A program made the position numbers and the translations under genes. The notes under the pieces are model-generated. The model ran no database searches, was not told the DNA's origin, and saw only the letters and a list, made by a program, of their open reading frames with translations. Positions 32,536 to 51,285 of a stretch of 64,000 nt of DNA are shown here, piece after piece; positions within the stretch are counted from its first letter, which is position 1, and the number at the start of each line of letters is the position of its first letter. The DNA comes from the human T2T-CHM13v2.0 reference genome, Homo sapiens: assembly GCF_009914755.1 (NCBI RefSeq), contig NC_060942.1. One strand, 5' to 3'.

Positions 32536-34112
32536 CTTGTTAATTCATTTTCTTAGTTCAAGTTGTTTAAGAGTTCACCATTTGGGAAAATCCATGTTAC
32601 TGACTGCAGTGCCATTGTGCTATTTGAGTTGCCAGTATAACACGTTTGTCTTGGAAGGTCTGAATTTGTAGCTGTCACATTTGTAATGATTCTGTATATA
32701 AGTGCTAGCATCTAACTTCTTTATTATACATTCTAACTTAGTTGGCATGCCTGAGTATTTATAGGTGGAAGTACACATTATATATTAAGCTTTTCCTCCT
32801 TTTTGTTATAGTTAGGGCATTGTTAAATTTTCAAAATATGTTTAAGTAGTTTAGAATTTTGTTTCAGTAAAGCTAAGGTGGTGATATAAATTATTTGTTG
32901 GAAAAAAAATGGGATGTTGGTCTGAGAGAGTCCAGACCCACTTTCTTACTATGGGCTTCCTGTTTTTGTATCTGTAGTGCTTTGTATATACAGTGTTTGT
33001 TGAATTGGTCAATTTATGTTTCCCACATTTCTTTTATGTACGTTGTTGCATCTAATTACCACAATAAATTTGTGAAGTTGTCAGGGCAGGTGTTTCCATT
33101 TTATAGATGAGAGAATTGAGAGAGATGTTAACATTCAGTCATGCGGCTAGACCTTTAATTAGAATATATAATTTTATTTATATCGATATTATGCTCTTGC
33201 CTACCATACTTCCATAATCTAGAACCATTTAATGTAGGAATACATCTCTTTATTCCTGCTAGTATTATTTTTTATATGCATAACTTTTAATTATGTTTCA
33301 GGCACTTGTGGTCATAGGAATACAATAAAGAGAGAGATGAGAAAGCTGTTTGTTTAAGAAAGCGAGGTCATTATCATTTGTATTCAAAGCAACTTGGTAT
33401 TAAAACAAACTTTGAGATACCGTTAAGGCCCCAGCATAGCATAAATTTTAGAAATGATGACATTTGATGGTGAGATTGTGGTGAAATAGTTAACACTTAA
33501 ACATTTTAATTGCATTGTAGATTCATACACATCTTTTGGAATATAATATCAGAAAATGACTTCAAAAGTGTCTGCACTCTTCTAATTTGTTGTAAGACAA
33601 TTCCACAGAATAAAAAGCTATGGTCAGTCCAGAAACACTTGCCTGGTATATGTCAGGAACTGTGCATGGTGCTGGGAATTTCTAAAATGAGAGTGTTGTT
33701 GCTGTTTTCTTGGATTTCTAATTTGTGGCAACAATGTGAGACAGATATGTAATCAAATAACTAATGTGTTACATTGTAATTTACACATGTAATTTACAAT
33801 TAAATTGTAATCGTAATTGTTAAATTGTAATTTAACGTATCTTTCCTTTTCCCTCTTTCCCGATTCCTTTCCTTTCTACTGAGTCTCACTCTGTTGCCCA
33901 GGCTGGGGTGCAGTGGCACAATCATAACTCACAGCAGCCTTCAACTCCTGAGCTCAAGCAGTCCTCCTGCCTCAGCCTCCTGAGGAGCTGGGACTACAAG
34001 CCCACACTACCATGCCTGGCGAACCTCCTACATTTTTTTAGACAGATTTTAATAGAAAATGCAGAAAAATGCGTAATGCATTTTAGGAAAAATCTTCTTG
34101 TAAAACTATTAT

Positions 34113-34432
<320 letters not shown>

Positions 34433-35329
34433 TAGCTTTTTTACTGAACACTATGTATCAGACACGTTATGCAGAATTTTTCCTTTGAGCTTCTGTATAC
34501 CCTCCTTTTAATCCAGATTCAGAGTAACTTCATTTTCTGACTACTATGAAAACTGGAATTCTAATTCAAATCTCTTGACTCCAAAATCTCCCATGCAGGT
34601 TATCTTTGGTTATTTGGAAAGTGTACCTTCAGCATGTGTATTAATGTGGGCAAGTGCTCTAAGACATATGAAAAACTGCTTCTCTGCATGGGGTTTATGA
34701 GTTGAGACAGACATTTATGTGAAAGAGATAACAACAGAGGGAGGAGCAAGTCTTCAATATCAGGTGATTGATGTACATTCTGAAGAGGCTCAAAACTACA
34801 ACAGTGGCAGGGAGAATGGGAGGAGAGATAGAAAAGACTGAGGTAAAGAATCTTGTAACTGTAACGGAATGTAGGGATAGTGAAGGAAAGAGGCACGTCA
34901 GAGATCTTTTGCAAAGCTTCCCAAGGCTAGGTAATTGAGTGGAATTGATACTTTAACAAAGGTCTTCAGAAGAGGAAGAGATTTTGGTAGAATGATGAGT
35001 TTTATTAATCTTGTGGGAGGATACTTTAAGGATTCAAGTATGCAGTAAAAGAAAATGAAAGCAAGATAAGTCTGGAATGCAACTTCAGTGAACAAATAAA
35101 ATACAAACAAGCACACAAAGTACAGGCTCCAGTCCTGCTTTATCTTCTTTATTCTTAAGCTAATGGCCTTTTCCTATTCTCTGTGGGGTCTTGGGATCAG
35201 ATAAGTTAGTTTTCTACCTGTTGAATGGATTCTTTATTAATCTTCAGTTTTTGTTATTTTAATTTTTTTGAAAATAATTTACCCTGCTGCTTTTACAGGT
35301 AAAATCTTTTGAGGAATTTAGTGATCTCT

Positions 35330-36150
35330 TTAAAGAACAGCTGTATTGAGATATAATTTCCATACCATAAAATTCACTATTTGAAAGTGTACAATTCAGT
35401 GGTTTTTACTATAGTCAGAGTTGTGCAACCATCACCATTATCAATTTTTAGGACTTTTTCATTATAACAAAGAAACACCATACCCATTAGCAGTCATTCC
35501 TCATTCCCCTTCCTCCCAGGCCCTGGCAACCACTGATTTACTTTCTGTCTCTGTGGATTTGCCTATTCTGTATATTTCATATAAATGGGATTATATAATG
35601 TGTGACCTTTTGTCACTGACTTCTTTCACTTAGCATGTGTTTTCGAGGCTTATCCATGTTATAATTTGTTAGTACTTTATTCTTTTTTATGGTTGAATAA
35701 TATTTCGTTGTATGGAATTTTATCTATGCATTCATCAGTTGATGGACATTTGAGTTGTATCCATTATGAACAACGCTGCTATGAACATTCATGTACAGGT
35801 TTGTGTGGACATGGGTTTTCATTTCCCTCAAGTAGAAGTGTGAAGAGTAGAATTGCTGGGTCATATTTACTCTGTTTAACATTTTGTATTAATACCAGAC
35901 TGTTTTCCAAAGTACCTGTGCCATTTTGTAATCCCAGCACCAAGGAGTGAGGGTCCAATTTCTCGGCTTCTTCAATACTTACTATTGTCTTTTTGATATA
36001 TCCATCTCAGTAGGTATGAAGTAGCAGCTCATTGTGGTTTTGATTTTCATTTCCATAATGTCTAATGTCGAGCATCTTTCATGTGCTTATTGGCCATCGT
36101 CTTTGGAGAAGTGTCCTTTAGAATCCTTTTGTTCATTTCTAAATTGGGGT
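35330..36150 (-). mobile_element. L1MB-type 3' end
   Basis: tattgagatataatt...ataccataaaattcac...tacaattcagtgg, an old L1 3' end. Confidence 0.85.
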
Positions 36151-36631
36151 TTTTTTTTTTTTTTAATTGGTCTCTTTTAACAAAGGTGAGTGTTAACTGC
36201 TAGGTAGAATTTCATACCAGGCGATGGTAAATTTTTCATAAATATTAGTAATAGACTTTTAGGTTTAACTAGTGCTGATCCTCATAAGTAATCCTTTAAA
36301 AAAGTGCTGGTAAGATTTTCCTTTAGGGTGACTAGTAAAGTCAGTAAGACTTGATTGAGCATGCCACTATCATAATGAGAAGACCTAACTTTAATATTTT
36401 TGGAATGTCAAAAACAGTGACATTTTAATTAAGTAATTTTATTTTTAAAAATTATTTTTAATGGCTAATATTTTGTAAGAATTTTAAGTAATTTTCAACT
36501 CTGAGCATCAAATTTTAATTATGTGCATTGAATCTCTGACTTAACCAGAGCAATTTCATCTTTTCCCAAGTAGTCAGATCTACTTCGTAAAATGTGTTCT
36601 GATGTGTGTCTTTTTTTTTTTTCTTTTTTAG

Positions 36632-37052
<421 letters not shown>

Positions 37053-37320
37053 TAAAAACTTGCTACGTTTCCTTTCAAGCTACTACAGGGTAATTTAATT
37101 TGTGCTCCATCTCTTCAGATACTGTGCATCCTGTACAAATATGCATTATGGGAATTTCTGGAAGAATATGCAAAAGATAAAATCTTAAAGTTTTTTAATG
37201 TTCTACTCAGAAAAATGTTCAATGGAGAAAATTTGGAAAATAAAAATAAAAAGCAGAAAACCCACACTTCGCAAGAACTACCTTTAGCACTTTGGTATTC
37301 ATTTTTGTAGCCTGTTGTTT

Positions 37321-38203
<883 letters not shown>

Positions 38204-38397
38204 TGAAATTATACCAAGGTTTAAATTCTAGGTCTGATGTATGACATGGCCAAGTTAGTTATTGTGAATTTTAGTTTTCTTATTTATGAAATGGGGATTG
38301 TAATACTGAGTTGGTAGGATTGTGAGGATTAAATCAGAATATATAAAAGTGTCTTGCATAATGTGACACATGAATAAATGGTCGTTTATTTTTCTAG

Positions 38398-38577
<180 letters not shown>

Positions 38578-39006
38578 TAGACTTTGCTTTCATCCTAAGA
38601 AACATAAAGGGAAAAGGATCTCAATAGTGTTTCAATTTTTGTAAGTTAAATTATAAATTTGGAAGATAGCCCGCGACTTTAAATAAGGTTAAAGAATCAG
38701 ACATTTTTAATATACGTATTTAAATTTGAATTTAGGAACAAACTTATATTTTGACTGCTAAAACCGAGTATTGTAGTTGATATTTTGCCCCTTTAGAACA
38801 TTGTTTTTGAGAAATAAGATGGAAAGCATTATAAATTTGAATACTTAGTTATGTATTGTTAGATAGCGTTTATGCTACTTCTGAATTGAAATGGTTCATG
38901 AACTTTTGTAATCTTTGGTTTAAATTTACATTCTCTGTTTTTAAATGGAAAATACTTTCATTGTAATGATTAATGTTTCATTTGTTTTCCCCTTTAAACA
39001 ATTAAG

Positions 39007-39036
39007 ATCTCTCAGGATTAACACTGCAGAGTAATG
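39007..39036 (+). CDS. SMAD4: SMAD4 exon 4, 30-nt microexon (DLSGLTLQSN, nuclear export signal region)
   Basis: attaag|ATCTCTCAGG...AGTAATG|gtaggt; frame joins exons 3 and 5. Confidence 0.97.
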
Positions 39037-39788
39037 GTAGGTAATCTGTTTCTTACTACTTTCTCTTTGTTTTGTCCTATCCTCTCTGTTTTTTTGTTGA
39101 CCTAGAATTAGTTTGTGTGAGCGGCAGGCAGTAACATTAACAAGAAAATAACTTACTGCTTTGGAAATGTAGATTTTGAGGTTAGGGGCATTTAAAACTG
39201 GATTTAAAACTGGATTTAAATTGGCTATTGCTCTTTGTATTTGAACTGCAATTTATGAACTAAAGTACTGTAAAAAAATATGATAGAGGAATGCACCAAA
39301 AACAAATATAAAGAATATTTTTTGAGTTAAGACCTATTTTTGAAGAAAATCTCACAGAGCCAGTTTAAATGGATGTTAAATACCCAGAATATTTGGTAAT
39401 TTGGAATCACATATAACATATCCTTTAAAAATACCAGTATTCTAATTTTCCTTCATTTCAGCCTAACATTTTTATGAATGATAATGTTGAGAATGGTTTA
39501 AAATTGCACTCTTTTGTATTTTTTCAGTCTTGTTACATTTTGAGTAAATAAATCAAGGCTACTTTAAAGCATATGCCCATCACAGCTTACCTAATTGTAT
39601 TTTTAAAAAGAAAAAGTGTTTTAAGGTGAGAAAATGAAATGTGAATGGGGGTGTTTTTGTTTTTTATTGTAATATTTGAGAATGGAGTTTTATTAAATCT
39701 TTAGCTCTGTTACTTAGAACTTAATAAACTAAAATTTCTGTAAGAACTAATTAATTTGCAGAGAAACTCTTATAAAGAACCACTGTCA

Positions 39789-40396
<608 letters not shown>

Positions 40397-41401
40397 TCAT
40401 CTTAGAAAGGTGTGCTCTTGTTCTGGAGGGCAGTTAGTAGTAGTTTAGCACCTTTTTTGTTTGTAGAATTTTAGAGGTGGGTCAGAAATACTAGGTGACC
40501 TTAACCAAAATTTAGGAAGAGTATGCAATTCTACTTGTTTTTTTTTTTCCACCTTTCTCCCATATCACTGGTAATGGAGGAAGACTCACTGCCTTGTGGT
40601 GCTTGTTAGTGATTAGTAGGTTTCTGACAAGTGTGGGTTTATTATTAGGAGCTGTTGTGGTGGTCTGGGAAGGGTTGCTTTAAGATTGGTGAAAACTCTG
40701 CTTCTTTGCTACGCAGACATTGATATTGTATCACTTCTTTTTTTTTTTGAAAGTAAACACGTTTCATATCTTCACCATTTTCCATCCATGTTTTTGGAGA
40801 AAACGTTTGTCTCAGTGGGTATTAAAGGTTGGGAGACTGCAATGATAAGTGTGTCTGAATCTCTCTATGGGGCTGTTTGTGAGGGGGTTCAAATTCTGAG
40901 TGCTCATCACACACCTCCCCTATTCTAAAATTATTGATGCACTGTTATTGATGGGATTGTACGGGTTGATAGCCTTTCTATAGTGACTGTAGGGCTGTAT
41001 TCAGCCTTGTAGATCCCCCTAGTGGTGGTTTTGTAAAGGCTGTCTTCAGTGTCTTATTTCCTCAGAAAACAACTGGTATTTCTCACAGCTCCTTCTAGAT
41101 TTGGACAAAGGAATGATACAAGAGCAGGTAACTAAAAGTTAAGAAAATGGGACAGTTCCTTCATTTTTGAGTTAAAGTCTTGTGGTAATCATTTCCAGCC
41201 TATCTTTTACCTTTCATGAAACTTTCTATGACCACGTTGACCTGTGTATTCATTTTAACAAGTATTTAATAAGCATGTATTGCCTGGTACTGTGTTAGGT
41301 TCCAGGGATGCTTAGATAATAAGGTATGTTTTGTCTACTCAAGTGAGCTTATACTCTAGTGGAGGAGAGAAAAAGTAAATAAGAGAGTGATAATACCATG
41401 A

Positions 41402-41827
<426 letters not shown>

Positions 41828-44461
41828 TAGAACATTTTATAATCACTATATATATGTATAACTACTCTAAAAATATGGTTAAATAATAATAGCTAACACT
41901 GGGTACTCGTGTGTCAGGTCAGACTGAGCTAAATGATTTCTGAGTATTGTGTCATCATTCTCATGATACTTCTACATGGGAGGTGGGATTATTTATACTT
42001 TAACAGATGAAGGGACTGCTACCTGGAGAGGTGAAGGAACTTGCCCAAGAATAGGCAACTAGGAGGAGCCGGAGTAATGTGTGCTTGCTATTAGATATTT
42101 AAACAATGGAAAAATATTACAAAAGACTGCAAACTCCATGACAGCAGGGATATTTGTTTTGTTTATGGATATATCCCAAGTACTAGAACAGTACCTGGAA
42201 CAGAAGTGCTCAAGAAATATTTTTTCAGTGAATGAATTTGTTGAATGCTAGCCCATAAAGAGAAATATTTAACAGTTTGGTATCTGTTTTTCTGGACTTT
42301 AAAAAATATATACTATATGTTTTTTTAATTTTATTTTTTTGAATAGGCAATACATGGTCCATAAATCAAAATACTATAAAAAGGTATACAGTGAAAAGAA
42401 GTGCTCCCACCCCTGCCCCCATTCCCCCCTACCTCAGGTAATCACTTTTTTTAGTTTCTGGTGTTTCCTTCCAGGGTTTCTATATGCAAAAAATACATAC
42501 CTCCTTTCTTACACAAAACGTATACTATGCATACTGTTCTGGACCTTGGTTTTTTACTTACAGTATATGATTTTTTAAACATGCATATGATCATAGTGTA
42601 CAATAGTGCTTTGTAACTTGCTTTGATTCTCTTGGCAAAAATATATTGCAGACTTCTATCCTTGTTGATACCTTTAGTTTTACCTGAGAAACATTTATTA
42701 TGGATTATCTGGGGTTAAAGAGATCTGTAGACCAGTAGAAGTTTCAAACTTACATTTGGGAAGTTTAGCCAGCATATTTAGGGCAAGAAAGATTTATGGG
42801 TCATAACTGTTTAAAAGCAGAATACAGTTGGTACATAAAGATGTTATGATTGCTGATTAAACTGAAGAGTCATCTGAAAAGCAAAAGCAGTGAGTACCAA
42901 GTTGACCAGTTGTATCCTCAAATCAGCTAGCAAAACCAGTAAGTTGGTAAAAAGATCCCAGTCATTATAACAACAAAAAAAACCTAAAATGTCCAGGAAT
43001 TAATTAGAGATGTCAGGATTTATATGAAGAAAATCATTGAACTTTGTTGAAGGGTGTAATATAAGGCTGAATAAGTGTAGACATACCAATTTTGTGCCCC
43101 AAACAATTTTTTTCTTTTTATTATTTTTATAACTTGGCCAATGTTGATGAGTGGTTGTGTTCAGTTTTTTTTATTGATACATAATTTGTTACGCATCCTT
43201 TTGATTATCTTTTTGTTTCCATAAAATTTCTAAAGAGGAACTTTGGAATGGGATTTATAGGTCTTCAGAATATCATCTTCATGACTTTTGATGCATGAAC
43301 ATACTTCTTAAGAGGTTTTTAAGAGGTTGTACATAGAAACTTGCACAATGGATGATTATTACTGCCTTAAACTAGTCTCAATTTAATAAAAAGTACCCAT
43401 GTAACTTAACTGATATTTACATGTAGTAGATTTTTTTTCAAAGGTTGACATAGGGAAAGATAAGGGAAATGATATGCTGGTTCTTAATGAAAAAGGGAAT
43501 GTCTTTTTGTGGTCTACTAATTGACTGCTTTAAGAAGAGAACCTACTGTTAGTTCAGTGGATTGTTAAGTTCTGGAGTAGTGTTAGTTTAGAAGCAATAA
43601 AGGATTGGTTGCTAAAGGTAAAAAGCAAACCTTAAAACAATAACCTAAAAACAAATGGGAAGGTTCTGGGCAGAGAATTAACATTGTTAATGCAGTTCAG
43701 TTTCAGTTTTCTTTTTGTCATACAGCAGAGCTAACTATTTCCTGGTTGGTTAATGGAAAGATGTTATGCTGTATCAGCTGGAATCTAGCTTTGCTTATGA
43801 AGGTGTAATCACATAGGTGAAAGATGTTGATTACTGAGTTTTCTCACACCATATATTAATCAAATACTCTTATTTGGGTTGGGTTTCTAGAGGGAAATTT
43901 CAGTTTGACTTTTCATTTATAATTTTTCCGTTTGGTTCTAAACCTATAGGGGACATTACATTCAGTACACTTCATTTTTAAAGAATATGTTGCTTAACAA
44001 TAATTCTAGATCCTGGGATTGGATATCTATCAGATCCCACTCATATCTCCACAGTGTGAAATTAACAAAAAGATATAGTTAAATACTCAGTCTCTATTTA
44101 GACCGAATAATTGTTTTTCTCAGCTGGACACATTTTCCAGCCATTCGGTTTTTGCCTGCCTTATGTATTTAGGTGATTATTCTTCTAGGTTTATCAAGAA
44201 ACTGAGGAGTACCTTTTTAGGATTGTTGCTGGAGGCTGTTGAAACATAGACTAGCTTCAAATTTGAGAGTCAGATTGATTGATAAAATATATCTCATGCT
44301 GTTACCGCTGAATAAATGACTTTTGCTGGTAAAGTAGTATGCTTTTAAAATAATATGAAAAAATTCTGAATTAAGGTTAGTAATTTACACTGTAATTGAT
44401 TTTAGGTGTTATTATATTACTTGCTAATAAGATTTTTTTTTCTGGGAATAGAAGCTTATAA

Positions 44462-44713
<252 letters not shown>

Positions 44714-46189
44714 TAGAATCAGATGTAGTCAGCAAGTTGAGTTTTCCTAATCATTGCTTATTTATGTGTAGTCACTTGGGGGGAAACTCCAAGTAAGTAA
44801 ACATTAAAAGTAACTGTAGTATCTTTCATAGGTAAACAGGTATTAAACAGGTATGCACAATCACTTGGAATTTAAGTAATGGCTTTGATTATAATATTGA
44901 TTTAAATTAATGATCTGATTTATACTTTACTATTACATGTAGCAGTAAGTAGCCTCTTAAGCTCCCAGATATATTTTGGAGAAATATTTAAATAATTAAC
45001 AAGTAGTTTTGATCCAAGATGTTTATGAAGGTCTGTGTTAATGGAATTGCAACCTTTCTTTTAATGCGGTGTTCTTATTTTGGTTTTTCTGGGACAATAT
45101 TACCTTATAGTAGTTGTCTGATTTTCTCACTGTGCAAAGGGATCTTGACAAATTTGTTATATATTGCTCAAGATAGACATTAATTAAGTCAATTTTGATA
45201 TAAGCTAACTTCTATATCTCTTTTTAAAATATATGTGTAATTAAAAAAAAAAAGTGTTTCAGAAAGATCCTTCTTTTCTGCCATGTCATAGGAGGGAGAG
45301 GGGCTGCTAGGTTCAGGTTTTTGGGGGCATGATCATATGACCTGGTTCTGTTACTTATTTTCACAGTAACCAAAGGTTTGATAGTTTGCTGCTTGGCAAA
45401 TGAAGTAGCTTTTTTTTCATTTTTTTTTTTTCAATTAATCATAGAGCATTGTCTTGGCATGTGTATGGTGTTAGTTGCATGCAGTTGCTAAAGGAATTTA
45501 TGTAAACCCACATCAGAATAGATTTTTGACAGCTCTGGGCTAATACTGTGTTAGTTGCTACCGAAAGTACCATTATTGTATTTGCTTTACTATCAGATTA
45601 GATTCAACATAGAAATTTTGATCTTTGGAATAAATGGGGGACTGATTTCTGTAATTGTGAGTTTTCAAGTGAAGTATACCAGAATTTCCCCTTTAATTCA
45701 TTACACCACTTCAAAGCAACATGTTTTTGGTTTGCTATCTAAGAGATGACAGTCTCACTATAGGCAGCATATTCTAAATGGGTCATATAGGTTAAGCACT
45801 TGAGAACCCAGTTCCTTAATCACTTGGTGCTTCTATTATCTGTCTACTTTTTATTTACCAAATTAGGAATATGGTTGACAAACAGTGGGTAGTGATAGAA
45901 AATAAAAGAAGGTACATTATAGCCACTTGAACGTAGATTAGTGCTAGAGCACAGCTACCTACTTCTGTTTATATTATCTGGAGATTGAATTTCTGTGCCT
46001 TTGTCAATGCTTACTAAAGTGACTTCATTTTGACTGTGTTGTTTCCTGAGGTTGAATCCTATTCAAAGATTAGAAAAAGTGATAGAAATGAAATGCAGCT
46101 AATTTTATCCTGGTATTTATTGGGTAGATTTTAATAATCGAATACCGTAAATACTGTAAGTTTTAGAACTTGTGTCAAAATGTTCCCTT

Positions 46190-46356
46190 ATGTGGTGGCA
46201 TGCGCCTGTAGTCCCAGCTGCTCCGGGGGCTGAGGCAGGAGAAATGGCGTGAACCCGGGAGGCGGAGCTTGCAGTGAGCAGAGAGCGAGTCACTGCACTC
46301 CAGCCTGGGCGACACAGCGAGACTCCATCTCCAAAAAAAAAAAAAAAAAAAAAAAA
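46190..46356 (+). mobile_element. 5'-truncated AluY-like element (right arm only)
   Basis: Right monomer with A tail; repeat gttccctta on both sides. Confidence 0.88.
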
Positions 46357-47817
46357 GAGGGTTCCCTTAGGTCTCAAAAAGTATATTGATGAAAAGAAGT
46401 TGAACTAAAATAGAAGATTTGAAAGGCTATTTTACGTGAGCTGATTTAGTCGTATTGTTTAACTTTATTTTACATACTTAGAATTGTATAAGGGAAGTAT
46501 TCAGTATGGATAACTACAGTGAGTCACTTTACAATTTATGTTCTTTTGACACCTGAATATTTTAAGAATTTCCTTTTAAATACCTGTAAATTAAAATAAT
46601 TTATCCTGTGTAGTTAATGACAATTTTTGTAAGTTAGCTAAGAGTATTGCCTGTAGAATTGTTAAAAATATGAACAAAACCATAATTAACCTTTAAAGAT
46701 AACTTGCAGAATCTGGGGGATGAGTAGGAAGGGAGGTTGCTAAAATGTCATTTTTACAGATAAATAATTTGGGGAGTATTGAAATATTCTCTTTAGCTTT
46801 TGGTTTTGTAATTCTTAGCTTTAAGGAAATGTGATATGTAAAGAAAAGAAAAATATTCCTTTTCTTTGATACTTTGAGCAATGGTGACATGTTACTCTCT
46901 TCCATCTGATTATACTCCCATTTAGAAAAGAATGAGGTGATGCCAGTTATAAATAATTATAACTTTAGTGCTTTCCAAATAGGATTAACAGTCGAGTTAA
47001 TTAATGCTCTTTAAGAAACCAAATTTCCACTTTAAAAAAAAAGCCTTAAAAATGTAGGACAGTAAGCAATATCATAGGATGGTTTTTGAATAGAATACAA
47101 GCCAAGAGAAGCTTGATTCTCTTGGTATATTACATACAGAGAGGGCAATTAATTTCTTGTACATCTGGGAATATGATGGTGTTCTTGAAAAGAAATGATT
47201 CTTGGTTTATAAAAGCTCTTGAAAAAATTTGAAAGTAGACTGATAGTTTTTTTGTTTGTTTTTAACCAGTAAATGGTATATTGATTGGACAGCAGAGCTA
47301 GATCTTTTTAACTTCCTCATCTTCACTATCACATCCTATTTAAAATAATTTTCTGCTCTGCTTTTCTCTGTCAAACCCTAGCATTCTGCCATTACTAGTA
47401 TCAGTGCTGATAGTGATTAATTTTTCAGTTTTCAACATTTTCTTGAGCCTGGATTTTTGGGGTCCTAATCAGAAAGGTCCAGAGAGAGAGGTGGATGGAG
47501 TGGCCAGGATGAACTGACATACCTCTGAAGAAGTTAATATGATAGGCCAGACGTACAGTGGTGTTTTGCTGGCATTTGAAATATGTTTGTGAAGAAATAA
47601 GCCACTACAATTAGTTAGACATTACCTAAAATGGAATAATTTTGAGCTTCCTCAAGTTAAAGTTTGCCTTTATAGATGACTGTAGGTTTTTTACCTGATA
47701 GGCCATGGGTGAGTTACACTTTTTGCCCATCTTTATAGTTGTGCATTATCAGATAAAATTGGTCCTTCATTTAGTATATGAAATCATAAGATGACATCTA
47801 TGAATGTACCATGTTAA

Positions 47818-47970
<153 letters not shown>

Positions 47971-48044
47971 TAAAAAATCTTTTAAATAGTTGAGAAAAAA
48001 GTAGGCAGCCTTTATAAAAGCAAATTAACCCATGTGGGCCTTAA

Positions 48045-48188
<144 letters not shown>

Positions 48189-49577
48189 TAAGGGCTATTT
48201 TTTTTTTTTTTTTGGTAGGGCTTTGTTTTCTGTTTTTTAAAAATGTTTTTACATCTTTTATTCATCCTGTGATTTTGTTTCATTAAATAGTGCTTTTCAG
48301 TATTTTTTGTAAACAGTATTATTTTTCATAGTTATCCTACCTTTTTATTTTAGAGGAGTGATGTTTGCTAAATACATTTATTTCTCTGTTGCTAATGTTT
48401 CATTAACATCACATTGATTTCCATTCATTTGTTTGTTTGCTTTGTATATGTTCTTAGATCTCATCTGTGTCTTGTATATCCACGCATAATGGATTGAAAC
48501 CCTTTGAGTGCTAAGTTCTCAAGGTTTCCCTCAGCGTAGTATTCAGTGTACTTTGGATAATGTTGAATCTATAGATAACTCTGTGCTGGCATGATTGGGA
48601 GGAATACCCTACAGATAACATGTAGTTTCAGGTAGAATAGGAGCATTGTTCATATGGCTTAGTAAAATCGAGAGTATAACTCTTATATACATTAAATCCC
48701 TTTCTTCTCATTATAATATTAATAGTACCAAAGAAAACTTAGAAAATATAGAAAAGTATAAATAAGAAAAGCAAAATTACCCTGAATCCTGCTACTCAAA
48801 AACAGCCACTTCTAATATTTTGTTATTTTCCTTCCAGTCATATAAACAGGTATATGTAAATTGACAGGGGCTCCTACTCTATGTGTATTGTATATATCTT
48901 GCTTCTTTTCAGTTATGTTACTATTTTTTCCATTTCTTAAGAGAATGTAATTTTTAATGGCTGCCTAGGCCGTCATAGTGTTGAAGGGTGCTGGGTTTGG
49001 ACCTTTAACAGGCTGTGTGACCATTGACAAGTTATTTCACCTCATTAAGCCTCAAGAGTAATAATAGTAGTATCTACCTCAAGGGGTGTTCGTAAGAAGT
49101 AAACGTAATAATTTATGTGAGGTGTTTAGCACAGTGTTTTAACACATTACCAGTTTTCAATTATGTTAGCTATGATTCCATTAAATAAACATCCTTAATT
49201 AACATAAGCACTTGTTTTTAGAATAGACCTAACAGTTTATTATTATACATTGCATTATAAATTGTACTGTATTGGACGTTACATGAATAATTCATTTATG
49301 ATCTGTATTAAATGTTGGATATAAAATTATGTGTAAATTGTGTAATAATAGCACTTGGCAGATAGCACTGAAATGTTAGTTATTAAATATCCACAAAAGT
49401 ATTAATAGTTTAAGACTATTTGCTTATTGTAAACTTTTAAGTTCTTAGACATTGCATAAGCTTGTTTTAAACAATTCCTAACCTATAATAGTTATATTTA
49501 AGTAAGATTTACTGAAAGTTTTAGCATTAGACAACTTTTAGTAAATAAAAATGGAATTTTTGTTGTCTTTTCTTTAG

Positions 49578-49628
49578 GGCCTGTTCACAATGAGCTTGCA
49601 TTCCAGCCTCCCATTTCCAATCATCCTG
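49578..49628 (+). CDS. SMAD4: SMAD4 exon 8 (WPVHNELAFQPPISNHP)
   Basis: ctttag|GGC acceptor, CTG|gtaagt donor, 51 nt. Confidence 0.98.
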
Positions 49629-50349
49629 GTAAGTGTATTTCAAAATTGATTTCCTGTATTTAGATTGATTTAGTGGTGATTGAAACGCACAAACACAGGC
49701 TTTAATGGAATTATGGGGTCACTTCTCAGATGAGTACAATACTCATCATGACATGAGTTAATCAACAGTTTGAGTAGTCAATATAGTCACACATAGACTG
49801 TCTATATTTTATTCAGTTTAACTGTCCCCAAAAGAAAAGAACTATCTTTTCAGCTAAAATGAGAATTACAGAAATGCTGACTTCAGCATTGAATACATAA
49901 ATATGCAGCAGAATAAAACTAGGTTTCAAAATAGAACAGCTGTAAAACTATAGCTTAAAAAGCCAGGAAAGAATCTTAAGTACATGCCGAAAAGAAAAAT
50001 AATTCACTCTATTCAGGATCTCTGGTTAACTGGAATTTAGAAACTATTTGATTAAATTGTATGCAAAAGAGTAAATCGCTAAGTAGCTTTCTTCAGTTCA
50101 AAGTTTGTGTATAATTTTTGAAACTGTAGAGGTAATAAAACAGAAAACACTTGAAAATAAAATACTGAAAGTCCCTTGTAACACAAACATAGATTTTGAA
50201 TTTTTTTCTCATCCTTTCGTATCTGTTTTTCTTAGCATAAAAAGATGCAAATATATTACTTCAGCTAATCACCTTAATTTTTTGGAAACTATAAACTCAA
50301 TTTTCCTCCTAATTAAAAGAAAATTATGAAGAATTATATTTTTATTTTT

Positions 50350-51285
<936 letters not shown>

